A program made the position numbers and the translations under genes. The notes beneath the pieces are model-generated. The model saw nothing but the letters and a program-made list of their open reading frames with translations. It made no database searches and was not told where the DNA came from. A DNA stretch of 64,000 nt from an uncultured Gemmatimonadales bacterium (GTDB lineage Bacteria; Gemmatimonadota; Gemmatimonadetes; Longimicrobiales; RSA9): NCBI GenBank assembly GCA_963741945.1, contig CAVUKA010000003.1, positions 529,051-593,050 on the forward strand, written 5' to 3'. Positions 57,685-64,000 of this stretch are shown here, one piece after another (the stretch's first letter is position 1; the number at the start of each line of letters is the position of its first letter).

Positions 57685-59955
57685 TCAGATCGGTCCCGGC
57701 GGGAACGTCTCCAGCAGGCGACGCAGGGCGTCCGCATCCGCCACGGGCGCAGCACAGCTCCGGCCGGCGCAGACGTACGCGCGCGGCGAGTCCCGGGTGA
57801 CCATGGCGCGGAGCGCCTCCGGGAGCGCAGTCAGGGCCGCGTCCGCCGCATCCGCAGCCGCCTCAACATCGGCGGAGTGCGGGGGGAGGCGGCGAACCAC
57901 CATGGCCGGGCGCGCGCTCCGGAGGGCGGCGTCCAGGAGGGCGCTCCGGCCATCCCGCTCCGCGGGCTCCACCACCACCACCGTGGTCACAGGGCCTGTG
58001 ACCCAGCGGACGGCCCGGAACCAGGTGGAAGCGCTGGCGGCGAAGCGCGGGGCCGAGCCCGCGAACGCGGCCGTGACCCGCGCCGCGGCGTCGGCCAGAT
58101 CGTCGTCGCCCTGGAGTGCGGCGAGGCGCGCGAAAGCCATGGCCGCCACGGCGGTGGGAGACGGCTCCGGCGAATCGGTGATCTCGAGCCGGTCCTGGCG
58201 CAGCGCGGCGGGGCCGGCGCCGTCCGCGGGGCGGTCGAGCAGCGCACCGGACGCGTGGCCGAAGCGGGCGAGGATGACGTCCACCGCGGCGCGGGCGCGC
58301 TCGAGCCAGCGGAGGTCCTGGGACCATTCGAACGCATCCAGCAGCGCTGCGGCCGTGTGGGCCTGGTCCGAGAGGTGGATGCCGGCGCCGCTGTCCGCCA
58401 CGCGGTGGTGGAAGCCGACGTCCGGCTCCCACGCGTCCGACCACAGCCGATCCAGCGCACGGAGCGCCGCGTCGCCGGCATCGGGCGTGCCCAGGTGCCG
58501 GGCGGCCGCCAGGTGGCCGGAGGCCACCAGCGACACCCAGCCGGCATAGAGCGTAGCGTCCACGAACGGCCGCGGGCGGCGGTCCCGGACGCCTTTCAGC
58601 GTGCGACGCGCGGCGTCGAGACGCGCGTCCACGTCCGCCACCGGCCGCCCGAGGCGCCGCGCCACCTCGGCGGGCGCCACCGCCTGGAAGAGAACGTGCC
58701 GGTTCGGGTCCAGGTGCATGGCGCTCTCGGGGTCGTCCAGCCCCCAGCGAAGCCGGGCAGCGTCGGCGGTGGCGCGGTGACCAGCGGTGGACGGATCGCC
58801 CGGTTCGGCGTCGCCGGGAGCGAGGGCTTCAGCCACCTCGTCCGCCGTCCAGGTCCAGTAGTCGCCGTCATCGTCGGGGCCCAGGTCGGCGTCCTGCGAC
58901 GCCGGGAACCCGCCGGCGGCCACCAGCTCCGGCGCCACGTCCAGGTAGTGGCCCACGATCCCTTCCGCCGCCGCGGTGAAGCGGGGCTCGGCGAAGACCA
59001 CTGCGGCGCGGGAGAGGATTTCCAGGAGCGGGCCGTTGTCGTAGGCCATCTTCTCGAAATGGGGGATGATCCAGCGGGCGTCGGTGGCGTAGCGGTGGAA
59101 GCCGCCGCCGAGCTGGTCGTGGATTCCGCCGGCCACCATGGCGACGAGCGTGTCCCGCACCATCGCCGCCGCCGAGCCGCTCGCCCGCCCGGGCTCCGCG
59201 GCCCGGTCCAGGAGCAGCGCAAGGCTGCCCACCGCCGGGAACTTGGGCGCGCCGCCGAAGCCGCCGCGACGGGCGTCGTAGACCCGGGCGAGGGCTTCGA
59301 CGCCCGCGTCGACGAGATCGGGCCGCAGCTCGCCCGGCGCCGCTTCCCCCTCCAGCGACGCCGCCAGCCGCTCCCGCACCGCCCCGGCGGCTTCCGCCAC
59401 CCGCGAGCGCTCCTCCCGCCACACCCTGGCCACTTCCCGCAGGACACGGCGGTAGGACGGGCGGCCGTAGCCGTCGCGGGGCGGGAAGTACGTGCCGCCG
59501 TGGAAGACGTCGCCGTCAGGGGTCAGGAAGGCCGTGAGCGGCCACCCGCCCTGCCCCACCAGCGACTGGACCGCGCGCTGGTAGCGGGCGTCCACGTCCG
59601 GCCGCTCGTCCCGGTCCACTTTCACCGGGACATAGAGCTCGTTGATGAGCGCGGCCGTGTCCGGGTCCTCGTAGCTCTCCCGGTCCATGACGTGGCACCA
59701 GTGGCACCAGACCGCGCCGATGTCGAGGAGGACGGGGCGGTCCGTCTCCCGGGCCGTCCGGAACGCGTCCTCGCCCCAGGGGCGCCAGTCCACGGGCTGG
59801 GTGGCGCCGTGACGGAGAAAGGCGCTGGGCGAATCGGCGAGGGGCGAGTCGGCCGGGGGTGTCGTGCCCGGGGGTGTCGTGCCCGGCGAGTCGGCGCCCG
59901 GGGCGTCGCCCGGAGCGGCGTCGTCGGGATCGGGGCGGGGAGCGCGCTCGCTCAC
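57685..59955 (-). CDS. Thioredoxin-domain protein of the YyaL/SSP411 (DUF255 + six-hairpin) family
   Basis: Start set at GTG 59955 (GTGA overlap with the nth stop). PVDWRPWGEDAFRTARETDRPVLLDIGAVWCHWCHVMDRESYEDP...VKVDRDERPDVD...GGWPLTAFLTPDG. Confidence 0.85.
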   Translation of the reverse strand: MSERAPRPDPDDAAPGDAPGADSPGTTPPGTTPPADSPLADSPSAFLRHGATQPVDWRPWGEDAFRTARETDRPVLLDIGAVWCHWCHVMDRESYEDPDTAALINELYVPVKVDRDERPDVDARYQRAVQSLVGQGGWPLTAFLTPDGDVFHGGTYFPPRDGYGRPSYRRVLREVARVWREERSRVAEAAGAVRERLAASLEGEAAPGELRPDLVDAGVEALARVYDARRGGFGGAPKFPAVGSLALLLDRAAEPGRASGSAAAMVRDTLVAMVAGGIHDQLGGGFHRYATDARWIIPHFEKMAYDNGPLLEILSRAAVVFAEPRFTAAAEGIVGHYLDVAPELVAAGGFPASQDADLGPDDDGDYWTWTADEVAEALAPGDAEPGDPSTAGHRATADAARLRWGLDDPESAMHLDPNRHVLFQAVAPAEVARRLGRPVADVDARLDAARRTLKGVRDRRPRPFVDATLYAGWVSLVASGHLAAARHLGTPDAGDAALRALDRLWSDAWEPDVGFHHRVADSGAGIHLSDQAHTAAALLDAFEWSQDLRWLERARAAVDVILARFGHASGALLDRPADGAGPAALRQDRLEITDSPEPSPTAVAAMAFARLAALQGDDDLADAAARVTAAFAGSAPRFAASASTWFRAVRWVTGPVTTVVVVEPAERDGRSALLDAALRSARPAMVVRRLPPHSADVEAAADAADAALTALPEALRAMVTRDSPRAYVCAGRSCAAPVADADALRRLLETFPPGPI

Positions 59956-60653
59956 GCGACCCCGGCACTGGGACAGAGGTCGAAGAGGACGCACGCGTCG
60001 CAGAGCGGGGTGGGCGCCTTGCAGACGGCGCGGCCGTGGAAGATGAACAGGTGGGGCAGGTCCGTCCACGATTGCTTCGGGACCAGGGAAATCAGGTCCT
60101 GCTCGATCTTCTCCGGGGCGGTCTCCTTCGTGAGGCCGAGGCGGCCGGCAAGGCGCTTCACGTGCGTGTCCACCACCACGCCCTCGTCCTTGTCGAACGC
60201 GTTGCCCAGCACCACGTTGGCCGTCTTCCGGCCCACGCCCGGGAGCTTCGTCAGCTCCTTCATGGTGTCGGGGACGCGGCCGCCGTGGCGCTCCACGACG
60301 GCGTCGGCCATGCCCAGCAGGCTCTTCGTCTTCTGGCGGAAGAAGCCGGTGGAGCGGATGATCTCCTCCACGTCCTCCCGCTTCGCCCCGGCCAGGTCCT
60401 CGACCGCGGGGTAGCGGCGGAACAGCTCGGGCGTGACCATGTTCACCCGCTCATCCGTGCACTGCGCGGACAGGATGGTGGCCACCAGCAGCTGGTAGGG
60501 GCTCGCGTGCTCCAGCGACGTGGTGGCGTCGGGGTACTCCTGCCACAGGCGACGTATGATCTCTTCCACCCTCGTCGCCTTCTCCGCTTTCTTCTCGCCC
60601 ACGAACCGCCGGCCCGCCGGCGTCTTCACCGTCTTCCGCCTGGTTTCGCTCAT
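59952..60653 (-). CDS. nth: Endonuclease III
   Basis: Start set at ATG 60653 (ATGA overlap). PYQLLVATILSAQCTDERVN, HhH LPGVGRKTANVVLG, VDTHVKR, and the FeS cluster CKAPTPLCDACVLFDLC. Confidence 0.92.
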   Translation of the reverse strand: MSETRRKTVKTPAGRRFVGEKKAEKATRVEEIIRRLWQEYPDATTSLEHASPYQLLVATILSAQCTDERVNMVTPELFRRYPAVEDLAGAKREDVEEIIRSTGFFRQKTKSLLGMADAVVERHGGRVPDTMKELTKLPGVGRKTANVVLGNAFDKDEGVVVDTHVKRLAGRLGLTKETAPEKIEQDLISLVPKQSWTDLPHLFIFHGRAVCKAPTPLCDACVLFDLCPSAGVA

Positions 60654-62452
60654 GGTCTCCCGAAGTGCGACAGCACCCGCTCCAGCTCCCACGTGTTGAT
60701 CACGTCCTCCGGCTCCAGCCACCCCTTCCTGGCCATGGACACGCCGTACACCACGGCGCCGAGACCGGCGGTGGAGTGGGCGTCCGGGTTGATGGCGCAG
60801 CGGATGCCCAGCGACTTCGCCCGGGGCCAGTGTCGCCAGTCCAGGTCCAGCCGCGCGGGGTCCGCGTTGATCTCCACCGCCGCGCCGCTCTCCGCCGCGG
60901 CCTCCAGCACCGCGTCCACGTCCACGCCGTACGCCTCGCGCGTGAGCAGCAGGCGGCCGGTGGCGTGGCCGAGGATCCCCCGCCGCAGGTGCCGGACCGC
61001 CGTGGTCACGCGCGCAGTCATGGTCTCCGGCGCCATCTGGAACCCCGAGTGGACGGAGCCGACCACGTAGTCCAGAGAGTCCAGGACGTCGTCGGGGTAG
61101 TCGAGGCGCCCGTCCGCGAGGATGTCCGCTTCGGCCCCCTTCAGGAGCCGCAGCTCCGCCCCGTGCTCCGCGTTCCACGCGTCGATCTCCTCGTGCTGAC
61201 GCCGGAGCTGCTCGACGCTCAGCCCGCCCGCGTACGACGCGGCGGGAGAATGGTCCGCGATGCCCAGGTAGCGCCAGCCCCGGTCCCTCGCCGCGGCGGC
61301 CATCTCCGCCACGGTCGCCGTGCCGTCGGACCACGTGGTGTGGCAGTGGAACGTGCCCCGGAGGTCGTCGTAGTCCACCAGCCGCGGCAGGCGGTGCTCC
61401 GCCGCCGCCGCCACTTCGCCCCTCCCCTCCCGCAGCTCCGGCGGCACCCGGTCCAGGTCGAGGGCGCGGTAGAGCGCTTCCTCGTCGTCCACGGCGATGC
61501 GGGAATCGCCGCGCCAGAGGCCGTCGGCGGCGAGGCGGAGGCCGCGCGCTTCCGCCCGCGCGGCCAGCGCCGCCACGTGCGACGCGGAGCCCGTGTCCAC
61601 CACCCTGGCCGCCGCCGCGGCTTCCGGCCGCACGCAGCGCACGCGCACCGCCATGCCGTCCGCGAGCGCGCCCTCGATGCGGCTGCCATCGACGCGGCGG
61701 ACGTCCCGGAGCACGGGGAGTCCGGCGACGTCGTCGAGCACTGCGTCGCATGCTTCCGACACCGCGAGAAGATCCACGGCACCCGCGGTCTCACACCGCC
61801 GCCGGACTTCGCCCGTCAGCCCCACGTCCAGGACCGGCAGCGTCTCGAGGTGGCCCACCAGCCGCGCGGCCGAGGCCAGCGCTCCCGGCTGGCGACGGCG
61901 GCCGGCGCTCCGCTCGACGAACGGGATGCCGTCCAGGATCCGCTGCTGTGTGGCGGGGCCGAAGCCCTTGAGCGCCGCGATTCGCCCGGCCGTGGCCGCT
62001 TCCCGAAGCGCTGCGAGGGAATCGATCCCGAGGCTGTCGACGAGCGTCCGGACGCGCTTGGGCCCGAGTCCCGAGACCCTGCGCAGCTGCGCCTGCCCCG
62101 CCGGCGTCTCGGCCCGGAGCCGCTCGTGCACCCCGGAGCGGCCCGTCTCCACCAGCTCCCGGAGCACGGCCAGCAGCCCGGGGCCCACGCCATCCACCAG
62201 CGCCAGCTCGCCGGAGCCGAGCGCCGCCGCCAGGTCGCCGTCGAGCTCGTCCAGGACGCGGGCGCCAGTGCGGTACGCGGCCGCGCGGAACGGGTCATCG
62301 TCCTGGAGCCGGAGCAGCGCCGCGATCTCGTCCAGGACCAGCGCGGCCACGTGGCGGTCCACGCCGGGGCCGGTCGCCCCCGGGCCCGCCGCCCCCGGCC
62401 CGGCCGCCCCCGGGCCTGTCGCCGCCGGCCCCGCCGCCGGGACTTCAGCCAC
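60650..62452 (-). CDS. Family X DNA polymerase with a C-terminal PHP domain (PolX)
   Basis: 600-aa ORF with a GTG start. HhH region LRRVSGLGPKRVRTLVDSLGI...LKGFGPATQQRI. PHP region GTFHCHTTWSDGTATVAEMA...YLGIADHSP...GSVHSG. A Gly/Pro/Ala 5-residue repeat sits at the N-terminus. Confidence 0.85.
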   Translation of the reverse strand: MAEVPAAGPAATGPGAAGPGAAGPGATGPGVDRHVAALVLDEIAALLRLQDDDPFRAAAYRTGARVLDELDGDLAAALGSGELALVDGVGPGLLAVLRELVETGRSGVHERLRAETPAGQAQLRRVSGLGPKRVRTLVDSLGIDSLAALREAATAGRIAALKGFGPATQQRILDGIPFVERSAGRRRQPGALASAARLVGHLETLPVLDVGLTGEVRRRCETAGAVDLLAVSEACDAVLDDVAGLPVLRDVRRVDGSRIEGALADGMAVRVRCVRPEAAAAARVVDTGSASHVAALAARAEARGLRLAADGLWRGDSRIAVDDEEALYRALDLDRVPPELREGRGEVAAAAEHRLPRLVDYDDLRGTFHCHTTWSDGTATVAEMAAAARDRGWRYLGIADHSPAASYAGGLSVEQLRRQHEEIDAWNAEHGAELRLLKGAEADILADGRLDYPDDVLDSLDYVVGSVHSGFQMAPETMTARVTTAVRHLRRGILGHATGRLLLTREAYGVDVDAVLEAAAESGAAVEINADPARLDLDWRHWPRAKSLGIRCAINPDAHSTAGLGAVVYGVSMARKGWLEPEDVINTWELERVLSHFGRP

Positions 62453-63230
62453 TCGCCGGGTCCAGGTCCCAGAAGCAGAGCGACGCCAGCTTCAACAGCT
62501 CCGCCGCGGTCTCCACCGAGTACAGCCGCTCCATCTCCCCGCCCGGGAGCGTGCTCCGGAAGTCCTCGCCCCCGGGGCGGGCATCGGCCTCCGCCCAGTG
62601 CGGCACGTCGTCCAGCACGCCAGTGACGCTCACGATGCTGAACCCCGGCCGCCCCGACCGCACGCCCAGCGGCATGAGCACGTGCAGCTCGGCGGGCGCG
62701 TCCTCCGGCTCCACCAGCACCCAGAAGAAGCCGTCCGCCGGCTCCGGCCGCATCCCGGGCGCGGGCGAGGCCCACACCAGGTTCCGCGGCAGCTGCACGT
62801 AGCCGGCCGGCGCGGGCGCGGTGAGCGTCCAGTCGCCCACGCGCGTCACGTCGTCCAGCAGCCAGCGCAGCCGCCCGTCGCCGACCTCCACCGCGCGCTT
62901 CCCCTCCCGCCAGAAGTGGAACGCGTGGTAGAGTACACGGCCATACTGGCGGAGCGCTCCGTTCCCCGCGGGACCCGCGGCCTCGGCGACATCGGCTGCT
63001 TCCGCCGCCCGGGTGCCTTCCGGCGCCGATGCGCCGGCCATCCCCTCGTCGCCCGCTATGGCGTGGAGCAGCCGCCCCACGCTCGTCAGGAAGAGGAAGC
63101 GATCCGGGTCGGCGACGGCCATGCCCCGCGCCTCAGCCTCCTCGGCGATGGGCGGAAACAGGCGCTCATCAATGGATTCCGCCCCGAACACGAGGTGGTA
63201 CGGGCTGGGTCGCTCTGGCGGCTCGGTCAT
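62445..63230 (-). CDS. Hypothetical protein, first gene of the PolX-nth-YyaL operon
   Basis: 261-aa ORF overlapping the PolX start by 8 nt. No family recognised. Confidence 0.55.
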   Translation of the reverse strand: MTEPPERPSPYHLVFGAESIDERLFPPIAEEAEARGMAVADPDRFLFLTSVGRLLHAIAGDEGMAGASAPEGTRAAEAADVAEAAGPAGNGALRQYGRVLYHAFHFWREGKRAVEVGDGRLRWLLDDVTRVGDWTLTAPAPAGYVQLPRNLVWASPAPGMRPEPADGFFWVLVEPEDAPAELHVLMPLGVRSGRPGFSIVSVTGVLDDVPHWAEADARPGGEDFRSTLPGGEMERLYSVETAAELLKLASLCFWDLDPASG

Positions 63231-63338
63231 GGCTCACATCATAGGCCCGAGTGGGGCGGGCGTCACGGGGGGGCGCGGCCTCCCCGGGCGACGGCTGTCA
63301 CGGGGCAAGGACCCGTTCAAGATTCCTGCCGGGGCAGC

Positions 63339-63397
63339 GGGCGGCGGGCGGCGGGCGGCGGGCGGCGGCGGGGGGGGGGCGGCGGGGCGGGGGCGGG
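63339..63397. repeat. G-rich tract: GGGCGGC x4 followed by a G10 homopolymer and further G-runs
   Basis: GGGCGGC at 63339, 63346, 63353 and 63360. Ten consecutive G at 63370-63379, then GGCGGGGCGGGGGCGGG. Confidence 0.85.
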
Positions 63398-63507
63398 CCC
63401 GCGACTGAACGATCCCCGGCGGATAATGCCGTCCATCGTACACTGGACCTGCGCCGGGCCCCCGACTGAACGATCCACGGCAAATAGTGCCGCCGATCGT
63501 ACACTGG
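63395..63507. repeat. Two copies (61-nt spacing) of a ~50-nt hairpin-forming element
   Basis: GACTGAACGATCCCCGGCGGATAATGCCGTCCATCGTACACTGG (63403-63446) versus GACTGAACGATCCACGGCAAATAGTGCCGCCGATCGTACACTGG (63464-63507). Both are preceded by GGGCCC. Stems ACGATC/GATCGT and CGGC/GCCG. Confidence 0.8.
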
Positions 63508-63562
63508 CACACGTCGGGCGCCGGGCACCGCGATCCGCCAGGCACCGCGACCCGCCGGCCCC

Positions 63563-64000
63563 CTACACCGCCCTGGCCACGGCCTCCGCCTGGACCACCT
63601 GGAGCGGGCGACGCTTGAAGAGCCGCCGTAGCGCCGCGAGGGTCCCCTGCCGCCGCACGAGCACCAGGCACACTCCGCCGTCGGCGTCCACCCCCTCCAC
63701 GAGGTCGACGAACGTCACATCGCCGAGCCCGGCGGGCGGGTCGATGGCGTAGCGGCGGCCGTGGAGCTCGAACTCGAGGACCGGGGTCGTGCCGTGGGCC
63801 GGGGTCGTGCCGTGGGCCGGAGTCGTGCCGTGCGCCGCGGTGGCGCCACGGCCCGGGACGGCGGGCTGCCCGGCGTCGCCGATCTCGATCTCGATGAAGA
63901 GGTGGCCATCGGCGTCGAACACGCCCGGCGCCACGGGCTCGCCGGAGCGGAAGAACCAGGGGTCGAAGGGGTCGCCCTGGAGCCGCTTGAAGTTCTCGTC
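63563..64000 (-). CDS. Hypothetical protein, C-terminal 145 codons (5-prime end beyond window end)
   Basis: The frame stays open to position 64000 (DENFKRLQGDPFDPWFFRSGEPVAPGVFDADGHLFIEIEIGD...). Contains HGTTPA x3 encoded by an 18-nt tandem repeat. Confidence 0.5.
   Translation of the reverse strand, partial: DENFKRLQGDPFDPWFFRSGEPVAPGVFDADGHLFIEIEIGDAGQPAVPGRGATAAHGTTPAHGTTPAHGTTPVLEFELHGRRYAIDPPAGLGDVTFVDLVEGVDADGGVCLVLVRRQGTLAALRRLFKRRPLQVVQAEAVARAV

Noticed and set aside
63417-63428. Sigma-28 -10-like GCGGATAA inside the first hairpin repeat
   Set aside because: The TGAA upstream is only 9 nt away (about 15 nt expected). The second copy lacks the motif, and no plus-strand gene lies downstream.

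Overview
This is a 64 kb stretch of a very GC-rich (by eye about 70%) bacterial chromosome. It is densely packed with genes, most on the minus strand, and many adjacent genes overlap by 4 nt (ATGA or GTGA), which suggests translational coupling. All calls below come from reading the ORF track and hand-translating key junctions; no searches were run. Many start codons were moved inward from the ORF-track maxima and remain hypotheses.

Recognisable content:
- DNA repair and replication: mutS (partial), priA, an HNH nuclease, a UDG-superfamily protein, and a coupled unknown-PolX-nth-YyaL operon.
- Central metabolism: sucA, carB, a PLP Cys/Met enzyme, aldehyde dehydrogenase, trpS, queD, and a glk-tkt-GH15-gnd-zwf-pgl sugar/pentose-phosphate operon.
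- Signalling: three histidine kinases, three receiver proteins, a FliA-type sigma, an ECF sigma/anti-sigma pair, TetR, and a cNMP-binding protein.
- Transport: a five-gene RR-HK-OMP-MFP-RND efflux operon, and mgtE.

I found no rRNA, tRNA, CRISPR array, transposase or integrase.

Most notable observations:
1. A ~3.2 kb block (53.8-57.0 kb) is bracketed by a diverged duplicate of the 3-prime end of an HD-hydrolase gene. It carries a membrane protein, TetR, a decayed cobO, a cNMP-binding protein and an unknown Cys-containing protein.
2. The intergenic leader at 63.23-63.56 kb, upstream of the repair operon, is rich in repeats. It holds a GGGCGGC x4 tract with a G10 run, two 61-nt-spaced copies of a hairpin element, and a 17-nt x2 repeat.
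3. A ~315 bp hierarchical GCGGAGARC tandem array lies at 32.3 kb.
4. Three genes show frame disruptions: the GH15 glucoamylase, a lipoprotein cytochrome c paralog, and cobO. These are either real pseudogenes or assembly indels.
5. Two family members occur out of their usual context: an orphan GvpL/GvpF-like gene and a MetS-like 38-codon ORF abutting carB.

The taxonomic guess (a Gemmatimonadota-like high-GC soil bacterium) is inference only.
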